The position numbers and the translations under genes are program-made. 64,000 bases of DNA from Hydrolagus colliei (taxonomy: Eukaryota). Below the pieces are notes generated by a model. That model had not been told where the DNA came from and ran no database searches. It was given only the letters and a program-made list of their open reading frames with translations. Every line of letters begins with the position of its first letter. The stretch's first letter is position 1. The stretch is from positions 2,976,001-3,040,000 of the forward strand of contig CM068756.1 of assembly GCA_035084275.1 (NCBI GenBank). Direction: 5' to 3'. Of the stretch, positions 24,761-36,150 are shown in pieces.

Positions 24761-25099
24761 CAGGGTGAGGGGTTCCGGTCAATTGGATGCAATTGGCGAA
24801 AAGAGCTCTTGGCTTCTCAACCGCCCCGTGTTACTGAGGTGCAGTTTAGCTCTTTCACATTGAGCTGTATGCAATAAGTTTGAGATGACCAACAACTTAA
24901 CCCTGTGCTTGCCTCGCACCAAATGTGGACTTTGGAACATTAAACCCTGCTTTTTTTTAAAAAAAAGAAGTTGCCGAAAATGACTTATTTTAAACAAAAA
25001 CGTTCAGGTTGTCCTGGAAGATTTGTGGTTACAGTATTTTTATTTTTTTTGCCGTGTGAATTTTGAAGCGATTGCATGTTAACCAGTTTCCTAGTTACA

Positions 25100-25222
25100 C
25101 ATGCCCACAAAGCACACAGTCAATATTCCCTTTACAATAATCTATATTCTGTGAAGCGCTTTGAGACGTCTCAACGACGTGAAAAGGCGTTATATCAAAT
25201 GCAAGGATTGTTATCATTATTG
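25100..25222 (+). mobile_element. SINE 3' tail fragment
   Basis: gcccacaaag...tattctgtgaagcgctttgagacgtctc...atatcaaatgcaaggatt. Confidence 0.9.
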
Positions 25223-26025
25223 TATTGTGTGTGTGTGTCTTGCTCTTAAACTTCCTGGTGCTGTTGAGTGCTGTAATTGGGATAAAATTGGATAAATCAA
25301 AGCTGCTGCACAGATTAATATCCACAGTTTCCATTTGCACTAAAGCTCCACTCTGTGGATTCAGCTTTAAGAACTCCAGAATTGGATGCTGCACTGAACT
25401 TACGACCTCAGATTGGGAAAAGGTGGAGCTAAAGTTGGAAGGAAAGTGTGGAGCTGGAATGATTCTGTTCTGCCGTGTAATTGCCAAGTATTTTAACTTC
25501 AGTTTCTGTTTCCGAGTCGATTTTCCAGCTTTCCGGATTTATCTGTTGTCTCGTTTGCAAATGGTCCAATTCTGCTCGTCATTTCCACAATCTGAAGTGT
25601 TATTTCTTTCCGAGGAGACGTATTAAATTCAGCGCTTGTTGCAGTGCTGAAGGGTTGACTGTTCCTTTGTGTAACAGGAGAGTTTAGTGAGGTTTCCAGG
25701 CTCTGATTCGCTGTTTGTCACTCTGAAACCCATGTGCGTGCGGCCGGTCGAAGATTCACTTGAGATTATTGGCCTTTTGACGTTAACTGTGGTGATGTGA
25801 AGCCAACATTTAGCCTTCTTCTGATCCAACCTTAGACCGAACAGCCTGACAATGGGGACGCCAAGGAGTTGGGTGTCATTTTCCACCAATCTCAGGCGCT
25901 CTGGGATGTTATTCTGTGTGAGAGGTGCAAGTTGCTGTTGTGGAAGAGCCTGACATTTGGGAGGGCAAGGCAGATCGTGAGGCTCCCTCTGCGTCATGAA
26001 CATTGAACCATCACAACCCAAACCT

Positions 26026-26105
26026 GGAGCTCCTGCGGCTCCTGTAGGTTAGAGCAACTCGCCTTGCAAGCGAGAGACCCGGGTTTGATTCCGGGCAGGT
26101 CAGAT
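26026..26105 (+). mobile_element. SINE tRNA-like head only
   Basis: ggagctcctg...ggttagagcaactcgccttgcaagcgagagacccgggtttgattccgggcaggtcag, with no adjoining SINE body. Confidence 0.8.
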
Positions 26106-26329
26106 AACAGTCATGTTATGATAATATGCCAGTGGCGAGAACACCCCCACACCACAACCACCCCCCCCTCCCCCCACCCCCTCTACCACTCCCTGCCCCG
26201 ACACAATTGGTGCTAGTGGTGTGTGTAAGTGCACGGCACTGACAACAACAGCAAAACAATCAGCTAAACACACACACCATAATTTCACCACTGGAGGGCC
26301 CAAAGGTGCACAAACTGAGGCATTCCTAT

Positions 26330-26450
26330 CATAATATAATAATATTGATCCTTGCATTTGATGTGATTCTAGCGCCTTATCACGGGATATTTGCGGGATA
26401 TGTACTGTACTGTAAAGTGAATCGATTGTGTACTTTGTGGACGAAATTGA
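26330..26450 (-). mobile_element. SINE 3' tail fragment
   Basis: (aat)n...atccttgcatttgat...gcgccttatcac...ctgtaaagtgaatcgattgtg. Confidence 0.8.
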
Positions 26451-27879
26451 GAGGAGGGATGGATGCCTTAGTTCCAAATGCAAGGCTAAAGGTTGCTGCC
26501 AAGACACAGCGCCTGCGAGTTTCCGTGCGTGCAAACGGAACGCCGTTCGTAAAGAGACAAGAGCGAAAAAGTCATTATCTGGTCAAGCTTTCTTCTCCTC
26601 TCCTTGTGCTTTTGTCAAAGGCTTGAGGCGATGACACCATGTGCATCGTAAAATGTGGTTCTGAAATCAAATAATGGAGTGTTAACTCGCATTAGGTGTC
26701 TTTAAGATGTGGCCTGGAGGGCCATAATGTTGGGAGTGCCTCTCATTGAATAAAAAGGACAAAGAGTAAGTGTGGTGGGGTTGGTGGGGGCCAGCCGTAC
26801 TTGTTTATTGCTGGAGGATTGACACGGCTTAAACAGCTGAATGAGTTAAGCAGATGTTGACTGGTTAACAAAGCAACAAGAGATTAGTGTTGACTTGATG
26901 CCCGTTGGAGATAGGGCAGTGGCAGTGGTGGGGGCGGGGAAGAAATTCCACCCGGATCTAGATTTATTCTACTCTCGTAGTATGTCAGGATCCGGCAGAT
27001 TGTTCAATTTGCCCTCGTCTTTGAGGGCAGAGCAAACAGTTTCAAAGGGGAGACTATTTAAGGATAATTACCCGATCTATCACTAGACAAAGTATTTATT
27101 GAAAGAAACAACACAGTGGAAATTTATTATCAAGGGCGATTTAATAGGCTTCTGCTTGTATTAGCAAGATGAGTGTGAGTTCTGGTCTTTGGTAACCATT
27201 TGAGCCCCAGGAGAAATGGGAGAATCAGGGGTGGGGGGGCTGGGAATTAGCCTAGATATCTCAAATGGAGGAAAACAGCAGTGAAGCCTTGATGGTCTGA
27301 GTGGCCTGTTTGCTCGCTGTAAACATTTCACTTTTACCAAACGACAGAAACCCTGGATGCCGCGTCTCCTCACTTTGGGTTTTCGTGTGGAATGAGCTTA
27401 AATAAATTTGAATTATACGCTGTGGAGCGGTGCGATTTCCTAGTTTTTCCGCAGATTGCTTTTCCACACTCTCTGAATTCCTGTATTCTCCCCGGGATTG
27501 ATCACACTAGTATTATTTTTCGATACTGCACTGTCATTCCTTTATTTCAGTAGAGAACCTTGTGTGTTTTTTTCTGACCACCCCCCCAGGACCTTGTGTG
27601 ATTTACACGGTGTTTCCATTTAACGCCGGTATCTTGAAATTCTCAGTTTCACAATCAGCTTTTCCACTGTGGCTTCATGTCTGCATAACGCCAGATGCAT
27701 CATAAAACTGTTTTTGAGATTACAGCAGGATTTGCATTCACAGTACAGTGGTGCTTTAAACGTATGCTTGACCCAGCCAAGCCCAAACAGGGATCCAGTC
27801 TCTGGAAGCCACTTCCCATTTGTTCTGTTCTACAGAACTCCCAGTCCAAGCTTCACATCCTCTTTTACTCCTTGCTATT

Positions 27880-28110
27880 TGATGCGGTGCCGAGATAATG
27901 TTCAAAGAATTCAGAGCTTTACAGTCATTGCTGTGAGCGCTTTGGTAGGCAGAACTCAACAGCCGTGGGGCGCACCGCGAGAGTGTCTGCACAACCAGCA
28001 ATTGTGTTTCAGTGTTAACATCTCATCCAAAGGACGGCACTTCCGGCAATGTAGTGCACTCCCAGTACTGCTCTGGAGTGTCAGCCAAGACAATGAGCTT
28101 AATGCGTAAA
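27880..28110 (-). mobile_element. Old Deu-domain SINE fragment
   Basis: gttaacatctcatccaaaggacggcacttccggcaatgtagtgcactcccagtactgctctggagtgtcagcc is the reverse of the Deu-SINE 5' part. Confidence 0.8.
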
Positions 28111-28379
28111 TACTCAGTCCAAATCTAAGCAATCAATCTTTTCCCTCATGTCTTTATGCTTCTTGAAAGATCCATGTATTTGTGTGAGGTATGTTTCTGA
28201 TCAGCATTTGTCAGTGTCAACTGCTGAATGAATGATTGAACGGGTTGTAGCAAAATCCCAATTGTTTTTGGCAAACGGCGAATGCGTTTACCCACCGTTG
28301 AAGTGGTTTTCACGTCTTTTAAGATCAACCAAAAGCCTTGATCTGAGTAAGATTCGCACACTCCACGGTTTGTGAAACG

Positions 28380-28760
28380 AGTCACAGCAGATTAAATCAA
28401 ACGCAATCAATTAGAGCGATATTAAGTGGTACAGCGTACCAAATACAAAGATCATTGCTCATATTAATGTCGCATGGGCAGTTCTGTATAATTTGTGCAG
28501 CAAATATCTGTAAATGATTATTTGCTCAGCACATTATTGGGTAAATAAAGGCCCCAGTCATATCAAATTGGTTCAGGCAGTTTCTGTTTGCAGGTGCAAG
28601 CAAACAAGGGTCGTTTCAAGAATTTGCTACTGGGGAAATATGACGTGCTGATGTACGAACATAGGCTATGATATTGTCTGCAGTTTTTATGATTCTTTTT
28701 CCGCCCACATGTAATTCTCATCGGATGTTAACACGCCTGTGGTTTTAAAAGGTAAACTTG
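28380..28760. promoter_or_regulatory. Candidate enhancer-like unique block
   Basis: Repeat-free and AT-rich, with GATTAAATCA, ATCAATTAG, TATTAAT, GTAAATA and GCAAACA motifs. Untested. Confidence 0.3.
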
Positions 28761-29094
28761 AGGAAAGGTTAACCCCCCACCCACCCCACCACCATCCCCT
28801 TTTTAATTAACGGGAGTTCTATTTACATAAGTATAAACTGCTCCAGTTTGATAATTAGACCTTTGCTTTTTTTTAAAAAAATCTAAGAGTTTTCTTTGTA
28901 ATTTCAACCATCTCCCTTTTACCGCAAGAGGAAAAATACTTTTTTTTATTGCGATGCTGAAAATGTGAAATAAAAGAAAATGTCCCGAAAATGCTCTCGC
29001 AAACGCCCGAATAGGCACTGAGTGAGTGGTGGGGGCTCAGTTAATAAACTCATTATGCCCAGCACTAAGATTTTACGATCCTAAGATCTAAGAT

Positions 29095-29320
29095 CCTTGG
29101 GCAAATTTCCTTACTTCACATCCCTAATAATAATTGCTCCAAAACCAATGATAAATTGGGTCATTTCAATCCATGACTGTTTGTGGGGACACTGCTGTGT
29201 GCAATTTGCCCACAAATGTACAGACAATTCACTGTACAGTATATTCTGTGAAGCGCTTTGAGACGTCTAGAAGACATGAAAAACATTTTATCAAATGCCA
29301 GGATTATTATCAATATTATT
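29095..29320 (+). mobile_element. 5'-truncated young SINE
   Basis: ccttgggcaaatttccttac...tcatttcaatccatgactgtttgtgggg...atcaaatgccaggattattat. Confidence 0.9.
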
Positions 29321-30829
29321 TTGGATCCTGGAAAAAATATAATAAAATATCAAATAAACATTTTTTAGCACATATATACACAATATAAAATTGACATGGA
29401 CATGAGCAAACACAAGCTGAGCGTGAAGAACGAACTCGGGGTTATTGCAAGACTTGACAATCCGCTCTTTTACTCGTTGCAGATATACATTATATATCTT
29501 TGTCAGGTGAAGGAGTTCGGCAGCCTGTCAGGGAAAGGCTGAATGATTGGTCTCAACTGGAACAGGCTGATAATCGATCTGGAGTCCAAAACTACAGCAC
29601 AGACCCAGGTTTTGACAGAGGGCAAAACCTCTTCACTCCCCAGGGTGCTGTCCATCACAGCTGAAGGTGAAGAGTTTGGGAAGGTGGGGGGTGCAGGGGG
29701 GACACATGGATAAGAGGTGGGATGGGGTGGGAGGTTGGGCAGTTGAGGATAAGATGAACTCCACTTGAATCTCTGAGCCACACAACAAGCAGAGAAATGG
29801 CTTTTTTATTTCTGGCTGTTCCTTCGCTATCCCTTCCCAGGCACAGCATTCACACAACTTTAAAAGGAGTTTTTTATTCCCCCTCTCTCCTTCCTTTGTA
29901 AGTTGAAAGGAAGCTCAATCAGTCTGCAGGCTTCCTCTTAACGACAATAATAATAATAATGATAATAATCCTTGCATTACCTATTATAATTATTCTCACA
30001 TCATTGAGACGTCTCAAACCCTTTCACGGAATGTGTTGTAAAGTGGATTTAAAAGAAATTTTTTATGTATAATATATACATAGAATAAAGAAGAGCTGTC
30101 TGTCCACTGACGCTGGCGACCACAATTCAGTGCACTTTGCTAAGCTTATCAGTGCTAACACTATGAAGGCTCTAAGCTGCCTTCAAGAAAGGAACATAAG
30201 ATAAATGTAACGAATCTGCCTCTGTTTTTCTTTTCTCTCCCTCCCACTCCAGCTTCACGCTAATTGCCAGAACTTACAGAGTTTTTAAGTTTCGGAAGTT
30301 TAGTTGCTGGGGTGGGGGAGGGTGGGGTTTGGGTGGGGGCGGGAGGTGGGAAGAAATCGTAATACTTTTTCCATGTTGATTTATATCATCGCAGTCTGAC
30401 ATTCTCTCTCTCTCTCTCCCTCCCCATCCCCTCCCGTCCCCTCTTTACTCCCGTCTGTCCATTTCTATGGCATGGTATTTCGTATTTTCAGCTGCAGAGT
30501 GACCCTGCACACAACACAACGGCGCCAGCAATTTTCCGCCCTTTGTACAGCTGTCTAAGGGTCTCCCTGTTGATTGGTGTACAGTGGCTGACAATGTTAT
30601 TGAAGGGCCAAGACTCGCTATATCAGCTTTGTCCAGAGAGTCTTCCTTCCAGTCTGCTGGGAGCAGCAGTCTGATGGCATCAGTAGTAGAGGTTTTTTCT
30701 TTCCCCCACACCCAGCATAACCCCAATGCTCTCTTTTCCCCTTGTTCGCCCCTGAAACACCGCAATCTGTAAATGCAAAATAACTGGTTGATTTTCATCT
30801 TTTAATTCTCCAAATTGGGTCCCAGCAAA

Positions 30830-31043
30830 CTTGATAATAATCCGTCACAAAAAAACTACGATAATAAAAATTGGTCATTTCAATCCACGACTGTTTGTGG
30901 GGGAGACGCTGCTGTGCGCAATTGTGCGCGTTTCGCCCACAAATATACAATCAATTCACTTTACAGTATATTCTGTGAAGTGCTTCGAAATGTCGATGAG
31001 ATGTGAAAAGCGCTGCATAAAAAATGCGAGCATTATTATTATA
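30830..31043 (+). mobile_element. 5'-truncated young SINE
   Basis: ataataatccgtc...ttggtcatttcaatccacgactgtttgtggg...aaagcgctgc...attattatt. Confidence 0.9.
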
Positions 31044-31532
31044 AACTGTTCAGCGAATTATCGCCAAACTGCTCATATCATTAGTTAGTCTGCAGGATTT
31101 CATCTTATTTCTATAAATCGTAGCTCAGGTAATAAATCTTCTCCTTATCTTTCAGCCGGTAGTGCATGCAGGAGCATGACTTGTAAATATGGTTGAGGCA
31201 AAATTCAAACCTGTGTGAAAAGGATCAGAGTCGGTCTTTTCTGTAGGGCTGGAGGACGTCTTAAAGCGCTTCACGGGCTTTATAATAATAATCCTCGCAT
31301 TTGATACAGCGCTTATCACATCTTCTATATAAAACGCAGCGACTGCGTGATTCGTGGGCAAATGGGACAGTCAGAATTGCACACAGCAGCACCCCACAAA
31401 CCGATATGCAGTTGACGACTAATTTTATCTGCGGGGATTGTTAGCGAGGACTAGGTGAGAAACGCAATTTCTCTTTTCGAATAGTACTGCGGGTTCTTTA
31501 ACATCCTCCTGGACAAGCAGATGTTCGTAGAG

Positions 31533-31566
31533 GTGTGTGTGTGTGTGTATGTGTGTGTGTGTGTGT
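31533..31566 (+). repeat. (TG)n microsatellite
   Basis: Directly visible, with one interruption. Confidence 0.9.
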
Positions 31567-31934
31567 TTTCGCGATTACAGAAGCAAGCGCAGTACAAGTG
31601 AACTCGAGTGTACGTAAACAGTGTTGAGGAATGCAGTGTTTGGCAATTGTCCATCTCTCTTTTGTTGTGGCCTAAAAATACTTGGCCGATGCATAAATCA
31701 GCCCAAATACATTTATTATGGAGGGTCTCGCCCTTTGAGCCCAATTCGAAATGGAGGTTTATGTTTCGTGCTCATGAACATTAACCCCTTGCAGCCAACA
31801 GACTTGAGAGACCACTATTTGGGGAGGACAGGTGGAAACATTTTAGCGTTTAGGATTATAGAAATAATATTAATTAAACAAAAGGCCATCATCGTTTCAA
31901 CCAGATACAATTAGTCACTCAGTTGATGATTGTT

Positions 31935-32075
31935 TATAGGACCTTGCTGTGTGAAAATTGGCTGTCGCGTTTGCCAACAAACACACAGTCACTGCAGGAA
32001 AATCCTGTGAAAGCGCTTTGAGAAGTCTCGACCACATAATAGGTCGAGAATTGCTACATAAACAATTATTATTAG
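31935..32075 (+). mobile_element. SINE 3' tail fragment
   Basis: ttgctgtgtgaaaattggctgtcgcgtttgcc...tgtgaaagcgctttgaga. Confidence 0.8.
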
Positions 32076-32624
32076 GATGATCTGCCTGAAATGTTTAACA
32101 GCATTGTCTTAATATTTAAAATAGTCATAAAATCGCTTTGCAGTATGTTGAGGTAATATGATGTCTTGAATACTACAGAAAATCACCTTCCAAAATTAAA
32201 ACTGAATTTAAGACCGATTTTCAAAAACTCCACATGATTTTAAATTTAATGGCATTGGTCTTAAAGCCTAGGAATTTGAGAAATTTCAGGTTTCCTAGCC
32301 CCTCAAGCTAGGATATCTTAAGCTTCCCTCCGTAGAAGCTTAATATCTGCTATTTTTGGTAATAGGAAACCTAATATGTCACCACATCTTGGCAGGTCAG
32401 TTTGGGGGCAAAGTTTGAGCCTGAGGTTTTACAACTTATTTCTCAGTGGTCAGTCATCAAATGATGGAGCGGGTGGTAGGGTGGGGAGGAAAGAGAGGGG
32501 GCGAGAAAGAGAGAAGAGAGGAAGGAAAGAGGGGGGGAGAGAATGGGAGCGTTGAGGTGGAAGAGAGGAAGGGGAGAAGAGAGAATGGGGAAAGACATCA
32601 CAAACGATAACAATAGATACATTT

Positions 32625-32830
32625 GATATAATAATAATAATAATCCTTGCATTTGATATAGTGCCCTATCACGTCTTCTGGACGTGTCCTAGCGCTTCAC
32701 CGAATATACTGTAAAATGAATTGACTGCATATAGTGCCTGATCATGTCGTCAAATCATCTCAAAGCGCTTCACAGGACGTATTGTGAAATGGTGCGACTG
32801 TGCGTTTTGTGGGTGAAATGAAAAACATGA
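32625..32830 (-). mobile_element. Two stacked SINE tail fragments
   Basis: (aat)n ccttgcatttgatatagtgcc...gcgcttcac, then atagtgcc...tctcaaagcgcttcacagg. Confidence 0.85.
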
Positions 32831-33099
32831 AAGTGAATGCCTTGGAATCCCAGTGCCTTGGGACATCCTCCCGACGTGAAAGGCGCTCTTAAAAATGTAA
32901 TTTTGTTGTTGACTGTTTCTTATGCTGATCCTGGAATGACACAATGGCTACAACCAAACCACACACGTCAGGCAGCCATTCCCTGCCTGGATCGAGATTC
33001 CGTCGTGAGATACAGTACTCAGCAACACAGTGGACGCAGTGTTTTGAGATCCCCGCTTTAGTTTTTTTTAAACAATGAAGCTCCTTTTAGTCCGTACAG

Positions 33100-33398
33100 C
33101 TTGGCGCAAATCCGATGCAGAAAATGTGCCTTTAATTTGTTTTCCGCATGATTAAAAAACCTTTTTTTCCCCGGATAAGTTATGCGCGTTCTGAAATTCC
33201 TGCGAGCCTGTTGCTGGGAAGCGATCAAGAGAGATACAGATACGGCGGAGGTTGATGTATAAAAATAAAATCACTCGGGGGATAGATCTTGAATTGGCTT
33301 GGAATAAAGCAAGCCGGCAATTCCGACGAAACGCATTGAGTAAAGTAAAGAAAGCAAAGAGAAAGATGCCAGAAAAACTGAACGGCCAATAGGTAAGT
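33100..33398 (+). promoter_or_regulatory. Candidate non-coding exon / promoter-proximal block ending in splice donor AG|GTAAGT (intron would start at 33393)
   Basis: Unique, visibly CpG-enriched sequence ending in a perfect-consensus 5' splice site; a short ATG-to-TAG frame (MPEKLNGQ*) precedes it. Confidence 0.4.
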
Positions 33399-33944
33399 AG
33401 GATTCGCAGCTAATATAGCACAGCTGTGATCCCAATATCCTGACATGTGCTTTCATTTCGAACAGGTAATTTACAATTGTAAAGCGTATGCCGTCTGAAT
33501 CGCTGCCAATTCGTCGGTGAATTTCACAAAATAAAAGCAATGAAGCTCTATCCAACATAAGAGTTAAAAAAAAATTTGCTGGGTAATCTGGATTTTCTGT
33601 TGAAACACACGATTGTTAATTGGATCTGGATTTACAATAATCATTTGTCTTTGTCACGAGCAATCCAGATGGGAACTTCAGAACGCTTCAGGCCTGCCTG
33701 ACTGCCTGCTCTGTGTGCCTTCATCTGTCCAGCAATATGTTTTTCTTGTGTATTTAGAGAGGGATGAAAAGCGCTGAATTCCAAACAAAGAAGCCAGAGA
33801 ACAATCTTCACAAAGTGTTGTCCGATTTATTATTATTTTTATTTTCATAACCATAATCTTATCGAGTCCTCGAGACGTCTCAAAGCGCTTCACTTGTAAA
33901 GTGAATCGACTGTATATATACTATGAGGGGATTTGAACTCACAC

Positions 33945-34200
33945 TTGGTCTTTGGGTCAGAGGGCTGTGGTTAAGCCCCTTGTTGAGAGTTTGAGCTTGC
34001 AGTGTTGGCTGATGCTGCAGCACAGATTGGAGTGTGGCGGAGGGAGTGGGGAAACTATGCTGCCGGGGGTGAGGTAGTCTTTCGGATGAGACACACTAAA
34101 CTGAGCTTTGGTCGGGGCATGACATTAAAGATTATTAATGAGACTTTTCAGAGAGAGAAGGGAGTTTCTCCTGCTGTCCGAGGCAAATAGCCTTCCAGAT
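33945..34200 (+). mobile_element. Old Deu-domain SINE (head plus Deu core)
   Basis: tctttgggtcagagggctgtggttaagccc...ggctgatgctgcag...gtctttcggatgagac..taaactgag...agggagtttctcctgctgtcc. Confidence 0.8.
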
Positions 34201-35559
34201 AAAAATCAATTGAAACGGTTCCAAAATCCCATGACTGAGACTACTGACCGACCGACCGACCACACAAGGCTTGTTGCTGTACATTCTGCAGTCCCAGCAT
34301 TGAGGCCAAGCACCATTACCGTTGTAAATGAATTGTTGTTGTCATGCAAGGGAAAGGAAATCTTCCAAGTCACTCAACGAAAGGAATTTCTTGCAGCCAT
34401 GGCATTCCTAACAGCACTGCGGCCTTTAATTGCTCAAATGTTTGAAACCCTCGATTCAATTATGCTCATCAATCATTCTGATTCGGCAACACAATAATAA
34501 ATACAGTACGATTTTTCAAAAACACATATATCTCAAACTCCCTCTCTCGAATGGCACAGATCTCAGAGTCCAGATGAACGCTGAAAATTTACACATTGAG
34601 AAACACCGGAGGGAAACATTACATACAACGATTTTCATCATCAGAAAGGGAACTGGGTAACGGAATCTCACAACCCGTGCTGTGATAGGAACCAGTGTAA
34701 GAAGCTGCCTCTCGTACGATGGTTGATGTAGATGAAGAAAGCGTCCATTTTTGGGGGGGGGTGAGAATGCAACTGATTTGCGCACAGCAATGTCCTGCAA
34801 ACAGCCATGAATTTATATACAAGAGCAAAGTACTTCAGCAATGACATTGCCCACATACTGTGGGGGGGGAGCCAGACTCTCATTATCTGAAGAGCATCCA
34901 TTTCCGCAACGATTGAATATTCTCATATTTACAGCACGATTCTACTCAAAAACTCATTCAAGAAATATTTAATATCGACCGCATGCACTTTATTTTCTAT
35001 TTTGTTGCGAGCATCTATGTGAATGTAGGGGATTCTGAAAATAATTCTACCCGTTTACAGTGTTGGAGAATTCCCCTGTGTGGGCAATCAACCGAGTAAA
35101 GACTGTCGGTTAAGGTGGGGAGAGGAGGGGGTGGCTGGCGATGAATTGACTTGCTCACGGATCCAAGTTTCACATCGGATACGAACTTCCCGTCAAGGAT
35201 TAACCTGCCCACATTCAGGCCGGAAGAAGAAAAGTAGAAAGTAAGGAGTTTACAGTAGCAACATACACAAATGGTTTGAGTTTGTCTTTAAATTGTGTTT
35301 TTTAAACGTGTATTATTTTAGTCATGGTGGATGGGCGAGGGCAAAGGGAGAGGGAGTATCCAGTGTGAAAATTAGTATTGGTAACAATAGTCATGAGGTT
35401 CGCCAACAACATTTATAATAATCTTTGCATGTGATAACTATCACACTCCATATTTCGCTCCCTCCTCCCATGATTTCAATGACCATTCAACTCGTTATGT
35501 TTGAGTACCTATATTACAATAACTGTCATTTTTTTTTAGAAAGCTCAGAGCTTATCAGA

Positions 35560-36150
35560 CCACAGTATGCAAGGAAGCAGCCTTAGAGTTAAAATTAGCG
35601 TATCGACACTTGGCAATTCGGTGGATGGTGTTTTAACCGTAGATTTACCTTTTCTTTTACCTTTTCTTCAGCCAGGCTATTTAAGTTATGTGTGTGTGAG
35701 AGCTGTGGAATGCACTATGTTATACTAAGGTTTTTATTAGTTAATTGATAAATTGAAACACATGGGTGGCTGGGTAAACAGTGTTACATAGGAGGAATGT
35801 AGTACATTACATAGCCTTTTTTTTATTGGATAATAGTTAATTTGAACCATCTGCTGCAATATAGTGAGGTTCATGGGAACCACCCTGTTCTGAATCTGTG
35901 TTAGTGTCAGTAATGAAAGTGATTACAAAGAAAGCAAATGAGGCCGGTTGTGTAAATTCAGATTATGTGTAGCTCCTTTGGGCTCTTGGCCAATACGGTC
36001 TCACGCGTGGTTTCTGAAACAGCGAAAGAGCTGATAAACATGATAGCATTAAACTTATCACCATTCTAGAAATGTACTCTTGTATAATGTTTTGGTTTTT
36101 ATTGACCTATAGTGGTTAACAGCGACAAAATGAATGACTACATGTACTGT
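35560..36150. promoter_or_regulatory. Candidate conserved non-coding block with a strong plus-strand splice acceptor (AG at 35670-35671)
   Basis: Repeat-free. TTTTAAC branch-like motif, pyrimidine tract and CAG; GGAATG twice (35707, 35794); GTAAACA (35774); TTAATTGA. Confidence 0.3.
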
